From Eledone cirrhosa (lineage: Eukaryota), in assembly GCA_964016885.1 (NCBI GenBank), contig OZ024743.1:301320001-301384000 (forward strand): a stretch of DNA of 64,000 nt, written 5' to 3'. The translations under genes were made by a program, and so were the position numbers. Below are positions 1-12,800 of the stretch, piece by piece (position 1 is the first letter of the stretch; every line of letters starts with the position of its first letter). A model generated the notes under the pieces. It did not search any database and was not told the origin of the DNA. It saw only the letters and a list, made by a program, of their open reading frames with translations.

Positions 1-742
1 CAGAAGGAATGCTAATGGCTGCGCAAGAGCAGGCCCTCAAAACGAAGTGGTTGAAACACCATATTTACAAGGGGAGGCTAGCCCACTGTGCAGGATCTGT
101 GGAGAGAGAGAGAGGAGACAGTGGCTCACATTGTATCCGAGTGTAAACACCTAGCCCAGACTCACTATAAGGGCTGGAGACATGATGTGATGGGCAGGGT
201 GATCCACAGGCACCTATGCTATGTAAACAATTTACCACATTCTGAGAAGTGGTATGAGCATAAGCCAGAGTCGGTGATAGAAAACGATCAGGTGAAGGTG
301 CTGTGGGATTTTAGGATACAGGCGGACAAGAAAATGGAACACAATAGACGTGACCTTTTGGTTTTGGACAAGGAAAAAAGATTGTGCCTGAATGTGGATG
401 TGACCTGCCCATTCGACACGAGAGTGCAAGAGAAGGAGAGGGAGAAAATTAACCGATACAGGACTTAAAGTGGGAGGTAAAAAGGATTTGGAACTGCCAT
501 GAAGTCAAAGTGGTCCCGATTGTCATAGGCGCACTAGGTACTATCTCAAAAAATTTCCAGGGATGGTTAAAGAAAATTGGCCCCGCCACGCCTTTGGGAA
601 CGCTTCAAAAGGCATGCTTTCTGGGAACAGCAAGAACCCTCCGATACGTCCTGAATATCTTAGGCTGTAGGTAGTGGATTTGATATTCATTTCAACAAAC
701 TTTCCAGTTAACTAACATCAATGACTTAGACTCAAAGAACAA
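1..742 (+). mobile_element. R4/Dong-clade non-LTR retrotransposon, family A, 3' part (runs off the window start)
   Basis: CCHC knuckle, RHD motif and RLE motifs; frameshifted; 3' UTR ends in (TAA)n; highly similar to 12757-13492. Confidence 0.92.
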
Positions 743-756
743 TAATAATAATAATA

Positions 757-945
757 ATTGTTTCTACTTTTGGCACAAGGCCAGCAATTACCCAGTACAT
801 TACTGGCACTTTATTTTATCGACCGCGTAAGGATGAAAGGCAAGGTTAACCTCGGCGAGATTTGAACTCAGAATGGCAAGGGCAGTAAATCTATGCGTCA
901 AAGCATGGCGTCCAACCCTCTACCGATACTGCCAATTCACCGCCC
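757..945 (-). mobile_element. tRNA-derived SINE with Meta-like core and (ATT)n tail
   Basis: On - strand: A box TGGCAGTATCGG, B box GAGTTCAAATC, core GCCTTTCATCCTTACGCGGTCGATAAAATAAAGT, 3' end GGCCTTGTGCCAAAAGTAGAAACAATTATT; about 10 copies in the window. Confidence 0.85.
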
Positions 946-950
946 TTAAA

Positions 951-982
<32 letters not shown>

Positions 983-1004
983 TAATAATAATAATAATAA
1001 TAAT

Positions 1005-1362
1005 ACGTGCCTGATTGTGGATGTGGCCTGCCCGTTCGACACGAGAGTGCAAGAGAAGGAGAGGGAGAAAATTAACCGATACCAGGACCTAAAGTGGGAG
1101 GTGAAAAGGATTTGGAACTGCCATGAAGTCAAAGTGATCCCGATTGTCATAGGCGCACTGGGGACTATCTCCAAAGGTTTCCAGGGATGGTTAAAGAAAA
1201 TCGGCCCCTTCACGCTTTTTGGAACGCTTCAAAAGGCATGCTTGCTTGGAACGGCAAGAACCCTCCGATACGTCCTGAATATCTGAGGCTGCAGGTAGTG
1301 GCTTGATATTCAATCCAACGCACTTTCCAGTTAACCAACATCAATGACTGAGAATCAAGGAA
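1005..1362 (+). mobile_element. Dong family A, short 5'-truncated copy
   Basis: RLE C-terminus CLIVDVACPFD...LRYVLNI plus 3' UTR; (TAA)n on both sides. Confidence 0.92.
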
Positions 1363-1396
1363 TAACAATAACAATAATAATAATAATAATAATAAT

Positions 1397-3987
1397 AGAG
1401 AAATTGGTAAGTCAACAATAGCTGCTAAATCAAGACAACCAAGGAGGAAGTGCAAGGATTCTGGGAAAAAATATGGGCCGAAATGCCCCATGGATAGATA
1501 GACAAATGAAAGATACAGCTCACCTTGAAGAAAAAATATTGGAAAATATAACAGTTGAACAGTTGCGTTTGGCTCTTAGAAAAAACAGCAAATGGAAATC
1601 CCAAGGAAAAGACAAAATACAACATATTTGGCTAAATGCCTTCACAGAGTCTCATGAGCTGTTAGCCCAACTTTACAATGAAATAGTTAAGGAGCCAGAA
1701 AAGATACCATCATGGCTAGTTAACGGCCTTACATTCCTGCTTCCGAAGAATGATGAGACAAACGATCCCAAAAATTACAGACCGATAACTTGCTTGACCA
1801 CAATGTATAACATTTTAACATCAGTCCTAACTGAATATACATATGACCACCTGATAACAAATGACCTATTTCCCATTGAGCAGAAAGCGTGTAAACGTGG
1901 CTCATATGGCTTTAAGGATCAGCATTTTGTTAACAAAATGATACTGGAAGATTGTCATAATAGACACAAAAATCTATCAATTGCTTGGATAGATTATAAG
2001 AAAACATTCGATAGTTTGCCACACAGTTGGATTGAAAAATGTTTAGAGATTTTCAAAATATCTCCCATTGTTAGGAGGTTCCTGTCGTTCAGTATGAAGA
2101 CATGGAAAACGACACTCCTTTTAAATAGTGAAACAAAATCACTGGAAGCTGGAGAAGTTAATATTAATTGTGGAATTTTTCAGGGTGACTCTTTATCACC
2201 GCTTTAATTCTACATCGCACTTATACCATTAAGTAAAATGCTCAATGAAACAAAACATGGATATAAATTCTATGACAAAACTATTAATCAATGGTTCTAC
2301 ATGGATGACCTGAAACTATATGCAAAAAATGATGAACAATTGCAAGGGCTATTATCCTCTGTGGAGCAGTTAAGTGATGACATTAAAATGGAGTTTGGAC
2401 TAGATAAATGCGCCAAAGCAACGTTCACCAGAAGAAAGCTGCTGAAAAGTTCAGACATTATTCTTGATCGGGGGAATGTGATAAGAGAACTTGATTAAGA
2501 GGAAAATTACAAATATCTAGGTGTTTGTGAAGGAGGCGGAATCAAGCACTCGACAATGAGGGAAAGGATAAGGAAGGAATGTTACCGCAGAGTAAAAGCA
2601 ATGTTAAGAACGGAATTGAATGCAAGGAATAGGATCGATGCCATAAACACGCTTGCCATACCAGTAGTAACCTACAGTTACAATGTCATCAACTGGTCAA
2701 GCACAGAGATCGGTTCGCTCGATACAAATATTCGAAAATTCTTAACCATGCACAGAATGCATCACCCGAAGGCAGAAACAGATAGCGTATATCTCCCTTG
2801 CAAAGAAGGGGGACGTGGGTTAATCCAGTTATACATTGCGTTGAAAACTGCAACAACTGGATTATCTACATATCTAAGGGAATCACATGATTGGATGATC
2901 AAACTCGTTTTGAAACACGAAAGCATCAAAAGATCATGCTCCATTACAAAATATGCACAAAGATAGAGTAATGGACTACAAATTTCAGAAGTCCCTTTTA
3001 CTGCTGAAATGGAAAACAGAAAAATCAAAGCAGGTAAAAGTAACTGCAAAGAAAGAGCTGCTTCAGAAACTGGCTAAGAAATGGCAAGAAAGGCCTCTGT
3101 ATGGAAAATATCCAGAACGAGCTAACAATACTGATGTTGACAAAACTTTAACCCATCAGTGGTTGGCCTCCTCTGGACTGAAATCGGAGACTCAAGGACT
3201 GATTATATCAGCACAAGATCAGTGTCTGCCAACAAAAATTACCAAGCCAACATAATAAAAAACGGATGCAGCCCATTATGCCGTTTATGTAAAAAACAAC
3301 CAGAAACCATTGATCATATAATTTCAATGTGCAGTCCTATAGCTCCAAACGAATACCTAAACAGGCATGACAGAGCTGCACAATACATACATTGGATAAT
3401 GTGTAAGCATTTTGACCTGCCCCATCAAAAGAATTAGTGGCAGCATCAACCACCTCCCATACTTGAAAAAGATCACATTGTCAATCTTGTAGAACTTTAG
3501 CATCCAAATAGACCGTAAAATAGATGCAAATAGACCTGATATAATACTGAAGGACTTTAAAAAGAGGGTATGCCTGCTAATTGATATGTCTGTTCCAATA
3601 GACAAGAATATATTTATGAAAACATTTGAAAAATTGAGCAAGTATAAGGACATGAAGATAGAATTTGTAAAAATGTGGAAATTGACAACTAAAACAATAC
3701 CAGTTGTTGTAGGCGCTCTAGGATTGATACGTGAAGGGTTTAATGATTACTTATCGCAAATCCCAGGAAACCCACGTATAGGAGAAATACAAAAGATAGT
3801 ACTAATGGGAACGTCCATATACTAAGGAAGTTGCTGTCAATATAAGTACATCACAAGTCTAAACACCTAAAGATGCATGTTTGTGTATGTATGTTCTTTC
3901 TTGAACATGGCGAACCTTGTTGTCTCTTGAGGTCACCGGTTGTGACTCGGTGATCACTCGTATGAACATAAAGCAAGATAATGCAAC
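1397..3987 (+). mobile_element. Dong family B, 5'-truncated decayed copy
   Basis: RT motifs NYRPITCL, GIFQGDSLSP, FYMDDLKL; CRLC..ETIDHIISMC; RHD; many stops and frameshifts; (TAA)n on both sides. Confidence 0.92.
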
Positions 3988-4047
<60 letters not shown>

Positions 4048-4076
4048 AAAAATAATAATAATAATAATAATAATAA

Positions 4077-4107
<31 letters not shown>

Positions 4108-4121
4108 AAGAAGAAGAAGAA
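3988..4121 (+). repeat. Compound (TAA)n(GAA)n microsatellite
   Basis: Direct reading. Confidence 0.97.
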
Positions 4122-4790
4122 GGTCATGAAATCGCTCCCGTAAGTTTTGAATTTTTAACATATTTAAATCATTTGTGAAATAACAACTCTTAGTACAAAT
4201 GCTACGTACAGCATCCGGCTTGAGCCCCAAAAAATTCGGACACAAAATATATTGTCATAAGGCTCAAATATTCAAATATTCAACTTTGTATTGTACATTG
4301 TATATTCAAACAAAGAAAATGGCTATAAATGGAAGAAGAACGCCCCCCTCCTCTATCTACGCTATATAGAACAGCCAAACAACACCAATCTCACCAACAC
4401 CAGAAACAACACCTACCCCATCACCTCTCTGTGTACACTAAGCACAACAGCCAGATAACGGCAATTTCACCACCACCACTCACTACTGCCATCATTACCA
4501 CCACTATCCCATCACTGCCGCCACCACTCCTTCATTGCTACCACCGCTACAACACCATCACTACAGTAATACGATCACATCACCACCACCACTGCCTTGG
4601 TATCGACATCACCACCACCACTGTCTCAGTATCGATACCGCCGCTACTGTCTCCCACATCTCCCCGCCGCCAACACTCCTCCAATGCTACCACCACTATT
4701 CCCCTGTTAACTTGAGAGAGAAAGGGGGAGGTGGCGGTATCACTAGACAAGGGAGAGGCTAGCAAAAGATATAAATAGATTGACTTAGTG
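4121..4790. repeat. Unclassified repeat X, copy 1, upstream of the full-length Dong B
   Basis: AGGTCATGAAATCGCTCCCGTAAG... is near-identical to 8968-9180; the CAC-rich segment is similar to 9180-9520. Confidence 0.85.
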
Positions 4791-5069
4791 ACCGGGCCAC
4801 GGCCAAACGTCAACATCAACAACTATGGGACTGCTGGCTCACCCCTTCCTCACCAACAATATAAAAATCCCCGGCACCACCACCGACGTAGCCAACAACA
4901 ATAACAGCCAACTACAACAAAAAGTATATTATATTATTGTAATGCACTGGGTGATTGCTGGCCTTGTGCCTGGAGTGGAGACAATTATTAATAATTTCAT
5001 TCTTAAGCCACGCAATGCTCACATTAAGGAACCACTCATGATAATAACAATTTAAAACAAACAACAAAA

Positions 5070-8000
5070 AGAAAACCCCGTGACCAAGAAATACCGGGAT
5101 GGCGGCCGGCGGGGAATAGCCGTGTCTCTAGGGGAGAACGACCCCTCTAGTCTTGGTTGACACTCGTTCTAGAAGTGGTAACACGAAATGATTACCCCTT
5201 GGCGGATAAGGATAAAACGCGACAAAATAAAGTAAATGTCTAATGATAACATCTCATACCGGATCGGCCGTCACCCAGTAAAAAAGGGCCGCGTCCCTGA
5301 GAGAGGAACCAGACTGGGGTCGAAAAATCAGCTAATGGTTCAAACCTTCCCATCACTTCGGAGCTGGAGACCTCCCATAACCGGAATACTCCTACTGTTG
5401 GCCCTCCATGCTCACCACCAAGAAATCCAAAGAAAAAGAGAGAAAAATGGTCAAGGGAAGATAATAAAGAAGTCCTTGAGGCTTTCTACACTGCCATGTA
5501 CTACCCATCAAATACATCGAATACAGAACAGACATATATCAACTGGAAAAAGAAACATCCCGAAAACAGAGGCTATATTGACAGTAACAAACTAGCCAAT
5601 ATACGAAGAAATATTGTAAGAAAAAAGTTACTAACTGATATAGAAATTGATCAGATCATGCTATTAGCACAAAGTCAGCGAAGGGAAAATGAAACATGTG
5701 TCAGTGAACACGAGGTAAACTGTAACACTTCGAATCCCAGGGTTGGGGCGGTATCACTGGCAACAGAACAAATTAAAGAAAGGATCGAAAAAGTGGAGGG
5801 AGTGCATGCTCAGGATGAAACTCCAAATGAAAATAATGAGATCGTAAATGATAAAGAAATGAATGAGAATAAACTTGCCAACTTGAAGGATGAAATTATG
5901 ATCGAATGGATGAAAATGAAAGAATCTGACATGGGGCAACGAAACACACTACCTAAGATCCAGAACTCCAAACAGAACCAAAAGATAATACACAAGACTA
6001 ACATAATTCTCAAAAACATTATCATCACAAACAAACTAAACATTACTGATTTAAATCATCTATATTATGCATCGGCTTAAGTCACCACTCACTTATGTGG
6101 AGTGAAGATGAAAAAACAAAGGAATTCCCACAAGAAATCTACTTGGCAAGAGAACATCAATCGCCAAATAAACCTTCTCCGATTTGACATAGAAATTTTA
6201 ACAAACTATAAAGTAGGTGAACATGTTAAACAAACTAAACTTAGAAAATTGAAAAAAAAGTACAGAATAAAATCAACATGTGACATAGACATGCTGATAG
6301 AAATAATCAAGCAAAAAGTGTCGGCCAAAGCTGCTCGTGCAAGGCGCTTTGAAAAACGATCTAGATTCTATAAGGACAATAATATGTTCAAAAACAACCA
6401 AATAAACTTCTACAGAAAAATTGATAAGTCAACAATAACTGCTAAATCAATACCACCCAAGGAGGAAGTGCAGGAATTCTGGGAAAAGATCTGGGCCGAA
6501 GAAAAAGTTCATAACATACATGCCCCATGGATAGACAGACAAATGAAAGATACAGCTCACCTTGAGGAACAAACATGGGAAAATATAACAGTTGAACAGC
6601 TGCGCTTGGCTCTAAGAAAAACCAGCAAATGGAAATCCCCAGGAAAAGACAAAATACAAAACTTTTGGATAAATGCCTTCACATAGTCTCATGAGCTGTT
6701 AGCCCAACTTTACAATGAAATAGTTAAGGAGCCAGAAAAGATACCTTCATGGCTAGTTAACGGCATTATATTCCTGCTGCCGAAGAATGATGAGACAAAC
6801 AATCCCAAAAATTACAGACCGATAACTTGCTTGACCACAATGTATAAAATTTTAACATCAGTCCTAACTGAATACACATATGACCACCTGATAACAAATT
6901 ACCTATTTCCCATTGAGCAGAAAGGGTGTAAACGAGGCTCATATGGCTGTAAGGATCAGCTTCTGGTTAACAAAAAGATACTGGAAGATTGTCATAATAG
7001 ACACAAAAATCTATCGATTGCTTGGATAGATTATAAAAAAGCATTTGATAGTTTGCCACACGGTTGGATTGAAAAATGTTTAGAGATTTTCAAAGTATAC
7101 CCCGTTATCAGGAGGTTTTTGTCATTCAGTATGAAGACATGGAAAACGACACTCCTTTTGAATAGTGAAACAAAATCACTGGAAGCTGGAGAGGTTAATT
7201 AATTGTGGAATTTTTCAGGGTGATTCTTTATCACCGCCTTTATTCTGCATCGCACTTATACCATTAAGTAAAATGCTCAATGAAACAAAACATGGATATA
7301 AATCTATGACAAAACCATTAATCACCTGTTCTACATGGATGACCTGAAACTATTTGCAAAAAATGATGAACAATTGCAAGGGCTATCATCCACTGTGAAG
7401 CAGTTCAGTGATGACATTAAAATGGAGTTTGGACTAGATAAATGCGCTAAAGCAACGTTCACCAGAGGAAAGCTGCTGAAGAGTTCAGACATTAATCTTG
7501 ATCGGGGGGAACGTGATAAGAGAACTTGATCAAGAAAGAACTTACAAATATCTAGGTGTTTGTGAAGGAGACGGAATCAAGCACTCGACAATGAGCGAAA
7601 GGATAAGGAAGGAATGTTACCGCAGAGTAAGAGCAATCTTGAGAACGGAATTGAATTCAAGGAATAGGATCGATGCCATAAACACGCTTGCCATACCAGT
7701 AGTATCCTACAGTTACAATGTCATCAACTGGTCAAGCACAGAGATCCGTAGGCTCGATACAAACATTCGAAAATTCTTAACCATGCACAGAATGCATCAC
7801 CCTAAAGCAGATATAGATAGAATATATCTCCCTAGGAAAGAAGGAGGACGTGGGTTAATCCAGTTAGACATTGCGTTGAAAACTGCAACAATTGGATTAT
7901 CTACATATCTAAGGGAATCACATGATTGTATGATCAAACTCGTTTTGAAACACGAAAGCATCAAAATATCATATTCCATTACAAAACATGCACAAAGATA

Positions 8001-8608
8001 CAGTAATGGACTACAAATTTCAGAAGTCCCATTTACTGCTGACATGGAAAACACAGAAAAAGCAAAGCAGGTAAAAGTAACTGCAAAGAAAGAACTGCTA
8101 CAGAAACTGGCTAAGAAATGGCAAGAAAAGACCGAAAAATAAATGCAAACAGACCTGATATAATATTGAAAGACTTTCAAAAGAGGGTATGCCTGCTAAT
8201 TGATATGTCTGTTCCAATAGACAAGAATGTATCTATAAAAACATTTGAAAAATTGAGCAAGTATAAGGACCTGGAGATAGAAATTGGAAAATTGTGGAAA
8301 TTGAGAACTAAAACAATACCAGTGGTTGTAGGCGCTCTGGGAATGATACTTAAGGGGTCTAATGATTACATATCGCAAATCCCAGGAAACCCGCGTATAG
8401 GAGAAATACAAAAGATAGTACTAATGGGAATTGCCCATATACTAAGGAAGTTGCTGTCAATATAAGTACATCAGAAGTCTAAACAATAAAGATGCATTTG
8501 TGAATATGTATGTTCTTTCTTGAACATGGCGGATCTTGTTGTTTCTTGAGGTCACTGGTTGTGACTTGGTGATAACTCGTATGAACATAAAGCAAGATAA
8601 ATGAAACT

Positions 8609-8610
<2 letters not shown>
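5070..8610 (+). mobile_element. Dong family B, near full-length, decayed, with an internal deletion at ~8130
   Basis: 5' UTR, ATG at 5236, N-terminal W..E Myb-like region, RT (YMDD), RLE RPDIIL..IDMSVP..KLSKYKDL; CCHC/RHD segment deleted; (TAA)n tail. Confidence 0.92.
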
Positions 8611-8643
<33 letters not shown>

Positions 8644-8648
<5 letters not shown>

Positions 8649-8901
8649 GGATTTGGAAATGCCATGAAGTCAGAGTGATACCGATTGTCATAGGCGCACT
8701 GGGGACTATCTCCAAAAGTTTCCAGGGATGGTTAAAGAAAATGGCCCCTTCACGCTTTTTGGAACGCTTCAAAAGGCATGCTTGCTGGGAACAGCAAGAA
8801 CCCTCCGATACGTCCGGAATATCTGAGGCTGCAGGTAGTGGCTTGATATTCATTCCAACGGACTTTCCAGTTAACCAACTTCAATGACTGAGATTCAAGG
8901 A
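8644..8901 (+). mobile_element. Dong family A, very short 3' copy
   Basis: Matches 13232-13492; flanked by (TAA)n. Confidence 0.9.
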
Positions 8902-8909
8902 ATAATAAC

Positions 8910-8944
<35 letters not shown>

Positions 8945-9600
8945 GGGAAGAAGACGCCGAGGTGACGGAGGTCATGAAATCGCTCCCGTAAGTTTTGAAT
9001 TTTTAACATATTTAAATCATTTGTGAAATAACAACTCTTAGTACAAATGCTACGTAAAGCACCCGGCTTGAGCCCCAAAAAATTCGGACCCAAAATATAT
9101 TGTTATAAGGCTCAAATATTCAAATATTCAACTTTGTATTGTACACTGTATATCCAAAAAAGAAAATGGCTATAAATGGAAGAAGAAGAACCCCCCCTCC
9201 TCTCCTCTGGCTACACTATATAGGACAGCTAAACTCACCAACACCAGAAACTAGATACACCACCCACCCCATCATCTGTGTACACTAAACACAACAGCCA
9301 GATAACGACATTTTCACCTTCACCGCCACCGCTCACTACGGCCATCATTACCACCACTATCCCATCACCGCCGCCACCACCCCTTGACTCCTTCACTACT
9401 GCCACCACTACAGCACCATCACTACAGTAATACGGTCACATCACCGCCACCACTGCCTCGGTATCGACATCACCACCACCACTGTCTCAGTATCGCTACC
9501 GCCGCCAGTCTCCCACTTCCCCCTGCTGGCTGCTACTTCCACATTATAGAATTCCTACTACTAACAAAGAGGAAGGCATCAAAATATATAGATAGACTCA
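8945..9600. repeat. Unclassified repeat X, copy 2, upstream of the full-length Dong A
   Basis: Starts GGGAAGAAGACGCCGAGG directly after (TAA)n; homologous to 4121-4790. Confidence 0.85.
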
Positions 9601-9839
9601 AAAGAAAAAAGAAAAAACAAACAACAAAACCAAAGCAGCACAGCAACAACAGCAAAAACGAGAAAAACAAACAGAGAAAAACAAAAACAAAAAAAGAAAC
9701 CCCCAAAACGTAAAGAAAATAAGAATGAAGACAGAAGCAGGCGGACGGACAGAGAAGAGGGGGGAAAAAGTAAAACTTAAAAAACAAAAACTAAGTCAGA
9801 CATTCGAACACTACATTACAATGAAACTTATGCTTATTC

Positions 9840-12800
9840 ATTTTTGGGGCCCTTTCTGCCTGTGTGTTTGTTTGTTTATGTGTGTTCGTATACAGCGTGG
9901 CGATAATGCCACACAAGGGCCAAGTGGGATGGCGGATCCACAGATGGCTATGTAACTATACATTCGCCGATCCTCGATAAGAGTGTTTAAATATCGAACA
10001 TAAACAGTTCGAATAACGGTGAAATGGAGACTAGAACGTCATGTGACAGACTCTCACCCAACAGGTGCCCCCTGGCTCAGCAGCAGGAACCTGACTGTCA
10101 ACCAAATACTGCTGATGTTGGAGGAAGAAGAAGAAGGAAAGGGGCCAGAACCAACTGGACGAAAGAATTGAATAGAACTGTTATGCAATGGTACCTGAAA
10201 AGTAACCCCAAGGAGAGGGGCTACAGGAGACGGATGCATAACATCTGGAACGAGATTGGTTTATTTAAATTAGATGAACAAAAATTGGCCGGGCAGGCTC
10301 GGGTAATAAGAACTAATGGGTGGATAAGCGAGCTGGAACTGGAGGAACTGAGCAGAGAGAATGGCTTGGAGATGGCGGGTGTAGTATGCCAGACAAGCGA
10401 GCCGGTGGGAAATGAAGGTGAGGAGGTCCTGAGAACGGAGGAACCACCCGAAGCAGACAATGATCTGAATACTGAGATAAATAATACCTGGAACAGAGAT
10501 ACGGCCACTGAGGAGATGAATGCTGACGGGCTAGGACAAGATTCGGTTGACATCCTAAATTTAGTGGTAGATGAATTGAACAATGATAGTGGGAGACCTA
10601 TGAACCTAAGATTTGTAGACAGGAAAAAGTTAAAAGAAACAACAGCTAAGGTAAACAAAGTCATCCCATACCTTGAGGCGAGGAGCCTTCACCAGTGCAA
10701 CAATATCCTCAAAGCAACAGCAAATACGGTGAGGAAACTATTTGGTATAAAAGCGAGAGGAAACAACAGACAAGAAAGAGCAGAGCCGTGGTGGAAGAAG
10801 CGACTGAGTGGGCAAATCGGGGAAATGAGAAATGACATAGGAAAGCTTGAGTCACTACTGAATAGGACACTAAAAAACATAGGCACTAAAAATAGACTGG
10901 AAATAAAATACAAAACTAGGAGTAAAAAGCTAAATATTATCATAGAGGAATTGAAGCAACGCATTGTAGCAAAGAGTGCAAAAATCAGGCGATACGAGAA
11001 CAGAGTCAGTCAGTATAAACAGAACCGCATGTTCGACAACAACCAGAAGATGCTGTTTGGACAGCTTGAGGGGAAAGAAAGAGGCAACGACTTGATCCCT
11101 GGGGCGGAACAAACTAAAACATTCTGGAGAGGAATATTGGAGCAGGATGTTAGACACAATGCCCAGGCAGGGTGGATTGAGACAGTACAGAGGGAGATCG
11201 GTGAGCAGGCACAACAACAGACTGATTTGAGTATCACAGTTGAAACTCTTAAGGGGCAAGCCAAAAAACTAACCAACTGGAAATCACCAGGCCCAGATGG
11301 TGTGCAGGGGTATTGGATTAAACATTTAACATCCCTCCACCCGAAGCTGACGGCCATGTTCAATGACTGCTTGGTGTCGGGTGAGGTGCCAGAGTGGTTG
11401 ACAAAAGGTACCACAGTTCTGATAATGAAAGACCGAATCAAGGGTGATGATGTTACCAACTATAGACCTATCACATGTCTGCCCGTAATGTGGAAACTGT
11501 TGACGAGCATTGTGTCTGAGGAAATCTACCATCACCTCCACACAAACAACTTGTTACCGGACGAACAGAAAGGATGCCGAAAGAAGTCACGTGGTACAAA
11601 GGACCAGTTGCTTATTGATAAGATGGTAATGGGGAATTGCAGGAGGAGACACACTGATCTTGCCATGGGATGGATAGACTACAGAAAGGCATTTGACATG
11701 GTGCCTCATTCCTGGATCACCAAAAGCCTGGAGATCTTCAGGGTGGCAGATAACATGAGACAGTTGCTAGGCAGGAGTATGGGGTCCTGGGAGACAGAGC
11801 TGACATCAACTGGAGTATCCTTGTGAAGCGTGAAGATCAAGAGAGGTATCTTCCAGGGAGATAGCCTGTCCCCTCTGTTGTTTGTCCTTGCCCTGATGCC
11901 CTTGACCATTATGCTGCGAAAAGTGAGAGCAGGATACAAGTTGGGAGGGGGAGAGCTTACCATCAATCACCTCCTCTTCATGGACGATCTTAAGCTCTTC
12001 GGGAAAAGTGAGAAGGAGTTGGATGTGCTTGTTGACACTGTCCGTATTTTCAGCAGTGATATATGTATGCAGTTTGGTATTGGTAAATGTGGAGTCATTG
12101 TGATGAAGAGGGGTAGGTTGAGCAGAAGTAACGGGATCCAGATACCAACAGGTGAGATGATAAAGGAAATTGACTCTGAGGAAGGATACAAGTATTTGGG
12201 CGTTCTGGAGGCTGATGGCATAAAGAACAAAAAAATGAAGGTATTGTTAAGAACTGAATACATTCGGAGAGTAAGGAGCGTATTGAAGTCACATCTGAAC
12301 AGCAGAAATGCCATGAGCGCAGTAAATTCCCGAGCTGTGTCTATTATTAGGTACAGTGCGGGAATTCTGAGATGGACTGTTGCTGAACAAAAAGAAATGG
12401 ATAGGAAGACTAGGAAGCTATTGACTATCTACAACATGTTCCACAAGAGTTGTGATGTCGATAGACTCTACCTAAGGAGATCTGAGGGTGGAAGAGGTCT
12501 TATCAGCATAGAGGACTGTGTTCAGATGGAGAAAAACAACCTATACAAATACGTGACCTATAGTAAGGAGCCAATGCTCAGAACTGTTCTGAAGAAGGGG
12601 ACAGTAGGCCAGGGGATGTCCAAGGAGGAAATAACATCAAGGAGGAAGAGCAGCCTTAAGGGAAAATCCCTTCATAGTACCTTCTTTGAGAAAACTGAAT
12701 TTAGAGATCCACAGACATGGAACTGGTTGAGAAGAGGAGACCTCAAAAAGGCTACAGAAGGAATGCTAATGGCTGCGCAGGAGCAGGCCCTCAAAACGAA

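Noticed and set aside
757-945. tRNA gene
   Set aside because: A and B boxes are present but there is no cloverleaf; multi-copy with a tail, so a SINE.
8945-9000. HDV-like ribozyme or Helentron-type terminus at the start of repeat X
   Set aside because: Only a weak hairpin (GGGA/TCCC, GAC-CCG/CGG-GTC); the nested double pseudoknot could not be fitted on either strand and no matching second terminus was found.
11824-11826. Programmed stop read-through or a two-ORF organisation in Dong A
   Set aside because: The paralog at ~35199 reads GGA (Gly), so this is a simple nonsense mutation or sequencing error in the middle of the RT.
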